Shown piece after piece: positions 19,655 to 30,114 of a DNA stretch of 64,000 nucleotides. Under the pieces are notes generated by a model, which saw nothing but the letters and a program-made list of their open reading frames with translations, was not told the origin of the DNA and made no database searches. The stretch's first letter is position 1, and each line of letters begins with the position of its first letter. Position numbers and translations under genes: made by a program. This stretch comes from Gammaproteobacteria bacterium (GTDB lineage Bacteria > Pseudomonadota > Gammaproteobacteria > SURF-13): positions 282,848 through 346,847 of the forward strand of contig JACPZD010000001.1 of the NCBI GenBank assembly GCA_016195665.1. Direction: 5' to 3'.

Positions 19655-19672
19655 GTATAACAATAGTTATAC
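19655..19672. promoter_or_regulatory. Toxin-antitoxin operator palindrome
   Basis: GTATAAC-AATA-GTTATAC, just upstream of the antitoxin start. Confidence 0.65.
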
Positions 19673-19699
19673 CCGAGTCAACAGGGTGGGAACGTCACT

Positions 19700-20392
19700 A
19701 TGCAAGACACCGAAAAACCACTGCGTACCGTCCGCAGCTACGTGCTGCGCCAGGGGCGCATGACGTCCGCTCAGCGCGAGGCGCTGGACACGCTTTGGGG
19801 GTGTTACGGCGTAAATCCGATGAATACAGATCTTGATCTTGATGTCTTGTTCGGAAGGTGCGCTCCGCGCGCTGTGGAGATCGGCTTTGGCATGGGCGAT
19901 GCGCTGGCGGCGATGGCCGAAGCCCATCCCGAGCAGGATTATCTTGGCATCGAGGTACATCGTCCCGGCGTAGGCAGTCTATTGCGGCAGATCGAATGGC
20001 GGGGCTTAAGCAATGTGCGCGTGATGTGCGCCGATGCGGTACAGGTGCTGGAACAGCAAATTCCTGACAACAGTCTTGACGCCGTGCATTTATTCTTTCC
20101 CGATCCGTGGCCCAAGCGCCGCCATCATAAACGGCGCCTGGTGCAAGAACAATTTGTGGAGCTGATCGCGCAAAAGCTTAAGCCGAACAGGGTATTCCAT
20201 TTCGCCACCGACTGGCAAGAGTACGCCGAACAGGCGCTGGACGTTATGAGCAACGCGCCCGGGTTCGTCAACGCCGCCGGCGCCGGCAATTACTCACCCC
20301 GCCCGGATTATCGTCCGCTCACCAAATTCGAACGACGTGGCCAACGGTTGGGTCATGAGGTGTGGGATCTGATCTTTTCAAAACAGCCGTGA
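19700..20392 (+). CDS. trmB: tRNA (guanine-N7)-methyltransferase
   Basis: EIGFGMG, GIEVH, FFPDPWPK.RHHKRR, ATDW and TKFE motifs. Confidence 0.96.
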   Translation: MQDTEKPLRTVRSYVLRQGRMTSAQREALDTLWGCYGVNPMNTDLDLDVLFGRCAPRAVEIGFGMGDALAAMAEAHPEQDYLGIEVHRPGVGSLLRQIEWRGLSNVRVMCADAVQVLEQQIPDNSLDAVHLFFPDPWPKRRHHKRRLVQEQFVELIAQKLKPNRVFHFATDWQEYAEQALDVMSNAPGFVNAAGAGNYSPRPDYRPLTKFERRGQRLGHEVWDLIFSKQP

Positions 20393-20416
20393 TTATCCAA
20401 CCGGGGTAGTTTGATC

Positions 20417-21187
20417 TCAAAACTCAAACCGTATTATGTTCTTGGAGCCGGTGATGCCTTCGATGGTGTAGTCAAACTTGGCCTGGTTGTAACTGGTGAA
20501 GGTCAGCTTGCCCGTACCTACTTGGGTGGTACTCACTGACGAGGGGTTGAATGGGTTGGCCCAGTAAGGGCCGGTGGTTTTGTAAACTTTACCGCTGTAA
20601 GCGAATTTTGAAGTGCTCGAGGTAAAAGTCTCCGCGATTTCCCAGGATCCAGGCTGTAGGGTGTACCAAGTGGCTCTGCCCGCCGGATCATAGACATACC
20701 AGGCGGCAAACAATTTATCGTTCATCTGAGTGATGCTGAGACCCCAACCGGATTCAGCCGTGTTCCACCATAATCCTGTGTAATCAAGCAGCGGAAAGGA
20801 CGCGGGACGGTTGATATTTTCATCGCTAACAGTGAACTGGCGGGTTCCCACCACGGTGAAGAAATTCGCATTCCCTGATCGTAACTCTACTTGATAGCTT
20901 CCGGCGGGAAATCGTCCCAGAGTGACATCGAGTGGTAATGGAGCCTGGCCGAGAAACTGAACCTCTACTTCATAATATACAATGATTTTATTGGCCACCA
21001 TAGACACCCGTACAGTAGACGAGGCTACGCTACCAATTTCTGCAGCTAATGCTTGCAAGTAAACAGTATCCTGCCCCTTAGGATTGGCCGGAAGTATGGT
21101 TAAATTTGCCGCCGAGGCTGGGAACATGCTACCTAACAACAGCACGAGCAGCAGGCAACGCGATAGCGATATCCGTGACGTGTTCAT
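20417..21187 (-). CDS. Secreted beta-rich hypothetical protein (GLWWN..ESGWG domain)
   Basis: Signal peptide from ATG 21187 (RBS GGAG). YTGLWWNTAESGWG and WYVYD..G..TW motifs. Confidence 0.7.
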   Translation of the reverse strand: MNTSRISLSRCLLLVLLLGSMFPASAANLTILPANPKGQDTVYLQALAAEIGSVASSTVRVSMVANKIIVYYEVEVQFLGQAPLPLDVTLGRFPAGSYQVELRSGNANFFTVVGTRQFTVSDENINRPASFPLLDYTGLWWNTAESGWGLSITQMNDKLFAAWYVYDPAGRATWYTLQPGSWEIAETFTSSTSKFAYSGKVYKTTGPYWANPFNPSSVSTTQVGTGKLTFTSYNQAKFDYTIEGITGSKNIIRFEF

Positions 21188-21285
21188 AGATTCTCCATAA
21201 TGAAGTCGCGCACCGGGCATAAGCCATTGTTCATGAGTAAATAGCTCTTGGCCGTGCTTGAGGCAAGCCCTGATGGGGCATCAAA

Positions 21286-23402
21286 TCAATAACTTGGGCG
21301 ATAGCCATTGTTGCGATACACATAACCCAAGTAGCCGATGTAAGAGGTATAACCTTGGGCCGCCATGTTGGCCTGTTCACTTTGGGGGAAGATCGCATGG
21401 TCATCTATGCTAGTTTTATAGGCCCGGATTAAAAGCTCCGTGCCCGGCGGCTGTGCATAGCCATACGGGTACACATAGCCCTCGATGCCGTCGTATTTGT
21501 AGCCGGCGGCGATATAATTTTTGGCTTCGTTGTAATCCGTGCTGTAAACGTGATCCACATGGTAGGGGTATTGGCTACAAACTGTTGCCCCCTGTACCGG
21601 ATCGCCGCACTTGTAGCTCAGGCGGTACAGCGGCCTTAACTCAACACTGGAATTATACGGATTGCGGTGAGTGGTAAACACCCATGCCTGGGCGCGCGCT
21701 GGTCCGGAGTTTGGAAAATTTGGATACTCCGAAATGGTGTTGCCGATATTACTGTAAAGGTTTACTGGTGAGAATGAGGTAACGTAAGGAGGCAGCGTCC
21801 CCGACATTGCCGCCAAGGCCATCTGCGGCACGGTGGTGTAGAAATAGTCATACACATTGACGCCATAGAAGGCGAATAGCGGGGTAAGCCGGTTAGTAGT
21901 CGACAGCACCGAGGTTACGGCGGAATAAGCATTAGGAAGGCCGTAGCCGATCTGTTGATTGGGTGCATAGGCATTATTTGAGGCCCCCAATAAACGACTG
22001 CGAATATCGGTGGCCGATAAGAGTGGGTTGACCGAGCGCATCAAGCCCACCAGCCCGGTGATATGCGGCGTCGCCATGGAGGTGCCGGTGCAGTTGCCAT
22101 AGCCCGATTGATCGTTCGACCAGCTCCACGAACCGTAGTCCGCGCAGCGTAACCCTGAACTCCACGTAGCTCCCTGATAAAAGGTTGAAAGGATATCGCG
22201 GCCAGGCGCCACCACGCCACGAGTGTCCATGCCCGGACCCTTGGTTGAGCCACTTTCACCACTTGGAGCCGGCGGATTTTCAACCCATAGTGCGCCATTG
22301 CTTTGAGTTGCTCCGACTGCGATGGTTCGACTGTCATTCGCAGGAAACTGGAGTATGGTATCTTCCTTAAAATTTCCAGCCGCAGCCGCGATAACCACGC
22401 TGCGGTTCGCTGCAAATTGCAGGGCCTGACAGTAAGCTTCATAGGGGTTAGCTGGGCAATTTTTGTTGAGGTTTCTCTGTCCGAAACTCATGTTCAGTAT
22501 TTGAGCGCCTGAGTTAACCGTCCAGTAAATACCATTGATGATCGCTGTTTCGGTCAGATTATTGTTACCAGCAGGGGAAACCCTGGTAATGATCAGGGTA
22601 CAGTTCCAACACATGCCCGCAACGCCTCGGGCCGTCGGATTGGGGTGGCCGTACTGTGCGTTGGGATAGGCTGTCTCCGCTGCAATAATCCCCGCAGTAT
22701 GAGTGCCGTGGCCTGCTGCATTAAAGAAAAACGGATACTCATCCACCGACGCCCCAGGGGTGGCCGCATTGTAGGCAAATTGCGGACGGTATTTTCCAAC
22801 GAGATCGGGGTGATTGATTTGAATACCAGAATCAATATGCCCGATGTAGGCGCTGCCGCGCACGACATCCCAGGCGGGGAACATGTTGAGAACATAAAGA
22901 CCCCATTGGTAGCCCAACGGGGAGGTGACAGGTTGCACGTAGGGGTCGCTGGGGGTGACCGAGAACTCCACAGAACCATTCTCACCTACCCAGAGGATGT
23001 TGGGATCCTGCGCCAATCTGCCCTTGGTTTGCCCGGCTTCCGCTGCACTCGGGAAATTGAGGACAATGTATTGTTGGAGTTTAACCTCCGGCGGCTCTTC
23101 GCGTGGTCCCGGTAGTATGGGCGGAAATTCGATGCGTTGGTGAATCAAATAGCGGGCGTCTTTGGGATTGCCCAGGCGGTTGTATAGACTTTGATTGCGC
23201 GCATTGGCAGTCGGGTTCTTAACAGCGGCAATCAGTTCATCGGGGGTAGCAGGATCGTCTGCGGCGTTTTTATTGTAGAGCAGAATAAGCTCAGTGACTT
23301 CTGGCTTTAGTTGCGGGGGGGGGGGGCAGCGGCATAGAGGCCGGCCGAGGCCAACGCAGTGACCAGATACAGCGCTATGTTAAGCTTGCTTGAAAGACGC
23401 AT
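21286..23402 (-). pseudogene. Secreted S8 (subtilisin-like) serine peptidase, frameshifted in a G12/C12 tract
   Basis: Catalytic IDSG, HGTHTAG, AAGN and GTSMATPH, with C-terminal YFYT/HVYS-type repeats. The signal-peptide ORF from ATG 23402 goes out of frame at 23315-23326. Confidence 0.8.
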
Positions 23403-23551
23403 GTTTCTCTCCTCTTGATTCGGGGGGTTAGAACACCAGTCATTAAGCTACGAGATAACTGTTACAGCACGATCACCGTTTTGTTACAGATCTATGAAGT
23501 TCAGGCTACTGCTCTTTGAATCGCCCGTCAAGGCCTTCATCGGGGAGTCTG

Positions 23552-24265
23552 TCACTGATCCCATGCCGCCCGCGCCAGTACCCACACATCAATTCTTTCC
23601 ACGCCCGCTTTGCGCAGTGTCGCGGCCAATTCCTGCACGGTGTGACCGGTAGTCATCACGTCATCCAGAATCGCCACATGCCGGGCTGCTATGGGCCGTG
23701 TAACGCGAAACGCACCTTTGATATTTTTGCGCCGCTCGGCGGCGGGCAGTAGCGATTGCGCCGAGGTCTTGCGCACCCGTTCGCAGCTTTTATAGTCCAC
23801 CGGAATGCTCAAACCACGCGCGATGGGCCGGGCGATTTCCAGGGCCTGATTAAAGCCGCGCTCGCGCAGCCGGGAGCGATGCAGCGGCACGGGAATGATG
23901 ATCTCCGGCATCGCTTGCATCTGGTCCTTGAGATGTTCAGCCAGCAGTTCGCCCAGTGCGCGCGCAAGGTGAAGTTGCGCCTGGAACTTCAAGCGCAAAA
24001 TCAGATGATCGGCCGGATAGGCGTAGCGGAACAGGCTTACCGCGCTGTCATAGCTGGGCGGGTCTTGCAGACATTGGCCGCAGAGTTCTGCCGCGCTAGT
24101 CAGCGGCAAGGCGCAGCGTGTGCACGCTGCGGCATTGTAAGGAAGCTCAACTGCACAGCCGCTACACAAATCACCCTCTTTAACTGCGTTACCGCACAGG
24201 ACGCAGGCGGGAGGATAAAGCCAGTGTTGTAGTTTTTTTGCCCAATCGTTAACCGAAAGGTTCAT
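23552..24265 (-). CDS. comF: ComF family protein (zinc ribbon plus phosphoribosyltransferase-like domain)
   Basis: Four CxxC motifs, RGFNQ and LDDVMTTG. Divergent from bioB. Confidence 0.9.
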   Translation of the reverse strand: MNLSVNDWAKKLQHWLYPPACVLCGNAVKEGDLCSGCAVELPYNAAACTRCALPLTSAAELCGQCLQDPPSYDSAVSLFRYAYPADHLILRLKFQAQLHLARALGELLAEHLKDQMQAMPEIIIPVPLHRSRLRERGFNQALEIARPIARGLSIPVDYKSCERVRKTSAQSLLPAAERRKNIKGAFRVTRPIAARHVAILDDVMTTGHTVQELAATLRKAGVERIDVWVLARAAWDQ

Positions 24266-24277
24266 ATCAGGTTGACA
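24247..24277. promoter_or_regulatory. BirA operator (bioO-like)
   Basis: GTTAACC-N15-GGTTGAC upstream of bioB. Confidence 0.7.
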
Positions 24278-24308
24278 GCCCTGCTGGAGCCGTTATCATG
24301 CCCAGATT

Positions 24309-25349
24309 ATGAACTATCCCAATGCGACCTTCGAGCCCCCTGAGACCGGCGCTCAAAATATCCTTAAGAAATTCAGCCTTGCGGAAATTGAGGCGCTGTT
24401 TGAATTACCGTTTAACGATTTACTGTTTCGCGCCCAATCCGTTCACCGCCTGCATTTCAATCCCAATGAGGTGCAGCTTTCCACCTTGATTTCCATCAAG
24501 ACCGGCGGCTGCCCGGAGGATTGCGGCTATTGTCCGCAGGCCGCACGCTATCACACCGGCGTAGAAAATCAGGCTTTGCTGCCGCTTGAAACGGTATTGG
24601 AAGCCGCCCGCGCCGCCAAGGCCAACGGCGCAACGCGTTTCTGCATGGGTGCGGCCTGGCGCGGACCGAAGCAAAAAGACCTGACGCCGGTCATAGCGAT
24701 GGTCAAGGCCGTGGGCGAACTGGGCCTGGAGACCTGCGCCACACTCGGCATGCTGCAAGAGAATCAGGCAAATCAGCTCAAAGAGGCCGGGCTTGATTAC
24801 TACAACCACAACCTCGACACTTCACCTGAATTTTACGGCGAAATTATTTCCACGCGCGGCTATGAAGACCGCCTCAATACGCTGGAGCAGGTGCGTACGG
24901 CGGGGATTAAAGTCTGCTGTGGTGGCATCATTGGTATGGGCGAGACGCGCCGCGAACGCGCGGGGTTGATCGCGCAATTGGCCCATATGGACCCGCAACC
25001 GGAGAGCGTGCCGATCAATAATTTAGTGCAAATCGAGGGCACACCGTTGCACGGCACAGAGGCGCTCGATCCTTTTGAATTCATACGCACCATCGCGGTC
25101 GCGCGCATCACTCTGCCCAAGAGCCGGGTCCGCCTCTCCGCGGGCCGCCAGCAGATGCCGGAAACGATGCAGGCCTTGTGCTTCCTCGCCGGGGCCAACT
25201 CGATCTTTTACGGCGACAAGCTGCTCACCACCGGCAATCCAGAGGCGCAGCAGGACAAGGTCTTGCTGGAAAAGTTGGGCATATCGCCAATGGGAACCTC
25301 TAAAAATTGCGTCCCTGCAATTTTTAGAGACGAAAAGCAAAAGACGTGA
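24309..25349 (+). CDS. bioB: Biotin synthase
   Basis: [22 protein letters not shown] and RLSAGR motifs. Confidence 0.97.
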   Translation: MNYPNATFEPPETGAQNILKKFSLAEIEALFELPFNDLLFRAQSVHRLHFNPNEVQLSTLISIKTGGCPEDCGYCPQAARYHTGVENQALLPLETVLEAARAAKANGATRFCMGAAWRGPKQKDLTPVIAMVKAVGELGLETCATLGMLQENQANQLKEAGLDYYNHNLDTSPEFYGEIISTRGYEDRLNTLEQVRTAGIKVCCGGIIGMGETRRERAGLIAQLAHMDPQPESVPINNLVQIEGTPLHGTEALDPFEFIRTIAVARITLPKSRVRLSAGRQQMPETMQALCFLAGANSIFYGDKLLTTGNPEAQQDKVLLEKLGISPMGTSKNCVPAIFRDEKQKT

Positions 25350-25443
25350 CTTTTGCTTTTCTCCATTTTTCAAACACTAACGTGTTTGAAAAATGAACGG
25401 TACGTCCCTGTACCGCGAGGCGCCTCTAATTTTTAGAGGTGCC
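25293..25443. mobile_element. MITE-like element overlapping the bioB 3' end
   Basis: TIRs GGAACCTCTAAAAATT / AATTTTTAGAGGTGCC (15/16 match) with several internal hairpins. Its core is shared with 28971-29126. Confidence 0.7.
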
Positions 25444-25448
25444 TCGAC

Positions 25449-26609
25449 GTGAATCTGGATCAACGTCTTGCCGATGAACTAGAACTCCGCCGCCGGCAAC
25501 ACCTCTGCCGCAAGCGCCGCATTCTGCAAAGTCCGCAAGGCGCAGAAATTGTCATAGAGGGACGACACTGTCTTTCGTTCTGTAGCAACGATTATCTCGG
25601 CCTCGCCAATCATCCTCAGGTAATCAAGGCGCTACAAGACGGCGCGGCGCGTTACGGCGTCGGCAGCGGTGCCTCGCATTTGATCACCGGCCACAGCGCG
25701 GCGCACCACGCCCTCGAAGAAGAACTGGCCGAGTTCACCGGGCGACCCCGCGCCTTGTTGTTCTCCACCGGCTACATGGCCAACCTCGGTGCCATCGGCG
25801 CGCTGACGGCTCCACGCGACACGGTGTACGAAGACCGCCTCAATCACGCCTCACTCGTTGATGCGGCGGTTTTATCCCGCGCCCGGCTGCGGCGTTATCC
25901 GCATGGCGACATGAGTACGTTAAGGAATCAGCTTGTACGCGCCGACAAACTTGCACTCATTGTCAGCGATGGCGTATTCAGCATGGATGGCGATCTTGCG
26001 CCGGTATCTGCGCTTGCGGAGTTGGCGCGCGACTACAACGCCCGTCTCATGATAGACGACGCGCACGGCTTGGGCGTGCTTGGGAAAACCGGCAGGGGAA
26101 CCCTGGAGCATCTCGCAATAAACCCGGACGATGTTCCTGTTCTTATGGGTACGCTGGGCAAGGCCTTCGGCGTCTTTGGCGCGTTTGTCGCGGGAAGTGA
26201 AGAGTTGATCGAGACACTTATTCAACAGGCGCGCAGCTATATTTACACCACCGCGCTGCCGCCCGCACTCGCCGAGGCCGCGCGAGCAAGTCTCAAGCTA
26301 GTACAAAGCGAGGGCTGGCGGCGTGAACATCTGTTTTCACTCATCACGCGCTTTCGTAGCGGTGCTGCCCAACTTGGCTTACCCCTTTTACCCTCTGCAA
26401 CCCCCATCCAGCCGCTCATCGTTGGCGAGAGTGAGCGGGCGCTCGCGCTCAGCGAAAAACTCTATGCGCGCGGGATAGTGATTACCGCCATCCACCCGCC
26501 GACCATACCCAAAGGCCAGGCGCGTCTGCGCATCACCCTTTCCGCCGCGCACACGGAACAGCATATAGACCGTCTGCTGGAAACCTTGGCTGACGTCGTT
26601 GACGCATGA
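25449..26609 (+). CDS. bioF: 8-amino-7-oxononanoate synthase
   Basis: SNDYLGL, NHAS, FSMDGD, DDAHG and TLGKA motifs. Confidence 0.96.
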   Translation: MNLDQRLADELELRRRQHLCRKRRILQSPQGAEIVIEGRHCLSFCSNDYLGLANHPQVIKALQDGAARYGVGSGASHLITGHSAAHHALEEELAEFTGRPRALLFSTGYMANLGAIGALTAPRDTVYEDRLNHASLVDAAVLSRARLRRYPHGDMSTLRNQLVRADKLALIVSDGVFSMDGDLAPVSALAELARDYNARLMIDDAHGLGVLGKTGRGTLEHLAINPDDVPVLMGTLGKAFGVFGAFVAGSEELIETLIQQARSYIYTTALPPALAEAARASLKLVQSEGWRREHLFSLITRFRSGAAQLGLPLLPSATPIQPLIVGESERALALSEKLYARGIVITAIHPPTIPKGQARLRITLSAAHTEQHIDRLLETLADVVDA

Positions 26610-27373
26610 GTCTGTATAGTGAAGCGCTGGGCAACGGACCGGATATAGTGCTACTACACGGCTGGGGATTGCATGGTGGTGTATGGGAGGAAACGGCCGC
26701 GCACCTTGCAAAAGATTTCCGCGTCACCTGCGTAGACCTCCCGGGTCATGGACGCAGCGCAGCGATCCCCGAATCTTACACGCTGCAAATTCTCGCCGAA
26801 CGGATCTTGTCCGTTGTCCCTCAACCAGCAATATGGCTCGGCTGGTCGCTCGGCGGGATGCTGGCCATGCAATTCGCCGCGATCCACCCTGAACGTGTGA
26901 CAAAACTGATCTTGGTTGCGAGTACCCCAAAGTTCACATGTTCTGTCGATTGGTCTCACGGCATCAGCTCAGAGGTGTTGGAACAATTTGCGCAAGAGCT
27001 GGAACACGACGCCAAAAAAACGATAAGGCGATTTCTCGCATTGCAATTGCGCGGCAGCGAACGGGCACAGGCAAGCCTTGCCGCCCTAAACCATGCCGTA
27101 TTTCGCCACGGCCTGCCCGCAACGGCGGCTTTGCGGGGAGGATTAAACATTCTGCGCGACGCCGATCTCCGCACTCAACTGGCGCGCATCACCTCACCGG
27201 CGCTGGTGATCGCCGGGGAACGTGACCCGTTGATTCCATTACAGGCCGGTGACTATCTGGCGGCGAATTTGCCTAATGGAAAATTGTTCACCCTGCCGAA
27301 GTCGGGACATGCGCCGTTCCTTTCACATCCCCCTGAGTTTTTGCTAGCCCTCAACGAATTTTTATATGACTGA
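26606..27373 (+). CDS. bioH: Pimeloyl-ACP methyl ester esterase
   Basis: HGWG, GWSLGG and HAPFLSHP motifs. Confidence 0.93.
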   Translation: MSLYSEALGNGPDIVLLHGWGLHGGVWEETAAHLAKDFRVTCVDLPGHGRSAAIPESYTLQILAERILSVVPQPAIWLGWSLGGMLAMQFAAIHPERVTKLILVASTPKFTCSVDWSHGISSEVLEQFAQELEHDAKKTIRRFLALQLRGSERAQASLAALNHAVFRHGLPATAALRGGLNILRDADLRTQLARITSPALVIAGERDPLIPLQAGDYLAANLPNGKLFTLPKSGHAPFLSHPPEFLLALNEFLYD

Positions 27374-28268
27374 ACTTCCTGAACTCTACCGGCTCGATAA
27401 AAGGCTCATGCGGCGCGCCTTCGAAAGAGCCGCGCGCGAATATGATAAAAACGCAGTGCTGCAACACGAAGTCGGACGGCGGATGCTGGAACGCCTCGAC
27501 CTCATGCACATCCACCCGTCAGTGATACTCGACGCCGGCGCCGGCGCCGGCGCACCCGGCAAGGCGCTCGCCCAGCGTTATAACGGCGCCACAATCATCT
27601 CCCTGGACATCGCCCGCGGCATGCTGCTTGAGGCGTGCAAGCGGGTTTCGTTTTTAAGCAAATGGTTTACTCGTCGCCAGACCTTTGTTTGTGGCGACAT
27701 TGAATCGCTGCCGCTGCTGACCGGCAGTGTGGACATGATCTTTTCCAATCTCAGTTTGCAGTGGTGCAACGACCTGGATCAAGCGTTGAGCGAATTTTAC
27801 CGGGTGCTCAGGCCCGGTGGCCTGCTGATGTTTTCTACCTTCGGCCCCGACACACTCAAAGAACTGCGCGCGAGTTGGAGCAAAGTGGACCAGTACAGTC
27901 ACGTGAATGCCTTCATGGATATGCACGACATCGGCGACGCCCTTGTGCGCGCGCGCTTCGCCAATCCGGTGATGGATGTGGAGCGTTATACGCTGACCTA
28001 TCCTGACCTCAATACATTGATGCGCGATCTGAAAAACATCGGCGCGCACAACGTCATGGCGGGCCGCCCGCACGGACTCACCGGCAAGGGACGCCTGCAC
28101 CGGCTTACAACCGCTTACGAGACTTATCGCAAGGACGGGGTCTTACCGGCGAGTTATGAAGTTGTCTACGGTCACGCCTGGGCGCCGGAAACTATGCCTC
28201 AACTAACCTCCCGCGACGGAGTGGTCAGCATTCCTCTCAGCAGCCTGCGCGGTCGCAAAGCAGCATGA
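27366..28268 (+). CDS. bioC: Malonyl-ACP O-methyltransferase
   Basis: SNLSLQWC, FSTFGPDTLKEL and DMHDIGD motifs. Confidence 0.93.
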   Translation: MTELPELYRLDKRLMRRAFERAAREYDKNAVLQHEVGRRMLERLDLMHIHPSVILDAGAGAGAPGKALAQRYNGATIISLDIARGMLLEACKRVSFLSKWFTRRQTFVCGDIESLPLLTGSVDMIFSNLSLQWCNDLDQALSEFYRVLRPGGLLMFSTFGPDTLKELRASWSKVDQYSHVNAFMDMHDIGDALVRARFANPVMDVERYTLTYPDLNTLMRDLKNIGAHNVMAGRPHGLTGKGRLHRLTTAYETYRKDGVLPASYEVVYGHAWAPETMPQLTSRDGVVSIPLSSLRGRKAA

Positions 28269-28942
28269 CACGCGGTTTTTTCGTCACCGGCACCGACACG
28301 GATGTCGGTAAGACCTGGGTGACGCTGGGCCTGCTGCAGGCGTTCGCCGTTGCAGGCTATCGCACGGCGGCCATGAAACCCGTAGCTTGTGGGGTGGTCG
28401 AGACTGGTGAAGGCTTACGCAATGAAGACGCCTTACTGTTGCAACGGCAGGCCACCTTGCCGCTCGGCTACGAAGAAGTAAATCCCTATCTGTTTCATCC
28501 GCCGATCGCCCCGCACCTTGCCGCGCAAGACGCCGGGATACGCATTGATCTCTCGCATATCAAAGCGCTGTACGACATTGTCGTACAGCGCGCGGACGTT
28601 GTGGTTGTGGAAGGCGTGGGCGGCTGGCTGGTGCCGCTCAATGAGAGTGAGACCAGCGCAGACTTGGTTGAGCAATTGGGTTTGCTCGTGATCCTGGTCG
28701 TGGGATTGCGCTTAGGTTGTCTGAATCATGCTTTACTCACGGTCGAGAGCATCGCCCGGCATAACGTGCGTCTGGCGGGCTGGGTGGCGAATTGCATCAC
28801 TGCGAATATGCCCCAACAGGCGCGGAACATCGAGGCCTTGCAGGCACGGATTTCAGCGCCCTTGTTGGGCACTATCCCTTATCTTGCAGCGTTAGATCCA
28901 AACAGGATCGCCACACTGCTTACGCTTCCTGACTCAGCGTAG
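28265..28942 (+). CDS. bioD: Dethiobiotin synthase
   Basis: TGTDTDVGKT, VEGVGG and LGCLNH motifs. Confidence 0.96.
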   Translation: MTRGFFVTGTDTDVGKTWVTLGLLQAFAVAGYRTAAMKPVACGVVETGEGLRNEDALLLQRQATLPLGYEEVNPYLFHPPIAPHLAAQDAGIRIDLSHIKALYDIVVQRADVVVVEGVGGWLVPLNESETSADLVEQLGLLVILVVGLRLGCLNHALLTVESIARHNVRLAGWVANCITANMPQQARNIEALQARISAPLLGTIPYLAALDPNRIATLLTLPDSA

Positions 28943-28970
28943 TCACCTTCAAGATAGGCATCAAGCGACC

Positions 28971-29126
28971 AGCAGGATGTTGAAAAAGCCCTTCCATGGG
29001 CTTTTTCAACACGTAAAGCGAAAAATGTCATTTTCGCTTTACTCCATTTTTCAAACACATACAGCGTGTTTGAAAAATGGCAGCCCATCCGTGGGCTGCA
29101 CGCAGGCTGTTTTTCAACAGCCTGCT
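28971..29126. mobile_element. MITE-like element overlapping the rpoH 3' end
   Basis: TIRs AGCAGGATGTTGAAAAA / TTTTTCAACAGCCTGCT (16/17 match) with four internal hairpins. Confidence 0.75.
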
Positions 29127-29968
29127 AGCGCCGCCTTCAGCTTTTTGATGGCGTTGTTTTCAAGCTGGCGGATGCGCTCGGCAGAAACCTTGTGGCGCTT
29201 GGCGAGGTCCTGCAGGGTGGATTTCTTTTCGGCCAGCCAGCGCCGGGCGAGGATGTCGCGGCTGCGTGGATCGAGGTTGGCGAGGGCGCGGTTGAGCTGT
29301 TCGCTGCCGCTTTCAGTGGTATCTTGCTGCTCCACTTGCCGCGCGGGTTCCATACGCAAGTCTTGCAGATAGGCGGCGGGCGCGAAGTTGGGCGCCTCGT
29401 CTTCATCGTCCTCATCGGCATCGAACGAGATGTCTTGACCGCTGAGACGCATCTCCATCTCGCGCACGGCCTCGGGGCTCACGCCGAGGTCTTTCGCCAC
29501 GGCATTGACCTCTTCCTGGTTGAACCAGCCCAGGCGTTTCTTGGCGCCGCGCAGATTAAAGAACAGTTTGCGTTGCGCCTTGGTGGTCGCCATCTTGACG
29601 ATGCGCCAGTTGCGCAGGACGAATTCGTGGATTTCGGCGCGGATCCAGTGCACGGCAAACGACACCAAACGGACCTTCATGCGGGGGTCGAAGCGCCGCA
29701 CCGCCTTCATGAGGCCGATGTTGCCTTCCTGAATGAGGTCACCCAGCGCCAAGCCATAGCCTGAATAGCCGCGCGCGATGTGCACCACAAAACGCAGGTG
29801 GGCCATGATGAGACGCTGCGCCGCACTGAGATCGTTGTGTTCTTGCAGGCTGACCGCAAGAGCGAATTCTTCCTCGGCACTCAGCACCGGTATCGTTTTC
29901 ACCGCCCGGATATAGGTATCCAGACTGCCTATAGGTGTAGCCAACTGGAGATTAAAGGTCTGTCTCAT
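29114..29968 (-). CDS. rpoH: RNA polymerase sigma-32
   Basis: RpoH box [23 protein letters not shown] and SAERIRQLE. Confidence 0.97.
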   Translation of the reverse strand: MRQTFNLQLATPIGSLDTYIRAVKTIPVLSAEEEFALAVSLQEHNDLSAAQRLIMAHLRFVVHIARGYSGYGLALGDLIQEGNIGLMKAVRRFDPRMKVRLVSFAVHWIRAEIHEFVLRNWRIVKMATTKAQRKLFFNLRGAKKRLGWFNQEEVNAVAKDLGVSPEAVREMEMRLSGQDISFDADEDDEDEAPNFAPAAYLQDLRMEPARQVEQQDTTESGSEQLNRALANLDPRSRDILARRWLAEKKSTLQDLAKRHKVSAERIRQLENNAIKKLKAALAGC

Positions 29969-30114
29969 CGTCTTACCTCAAGTAGCGGTTCAATTTTACC
30001 ATGCCGCGGCGAATTTGCAGCGGATCTAGCTATTAGCTAACCCCAGGAATGATAAAAACCACTGATATTTCAACTATCTTACAGTTACTTAAGAGTGATA
30101 CAAGGCCGGAAAGT

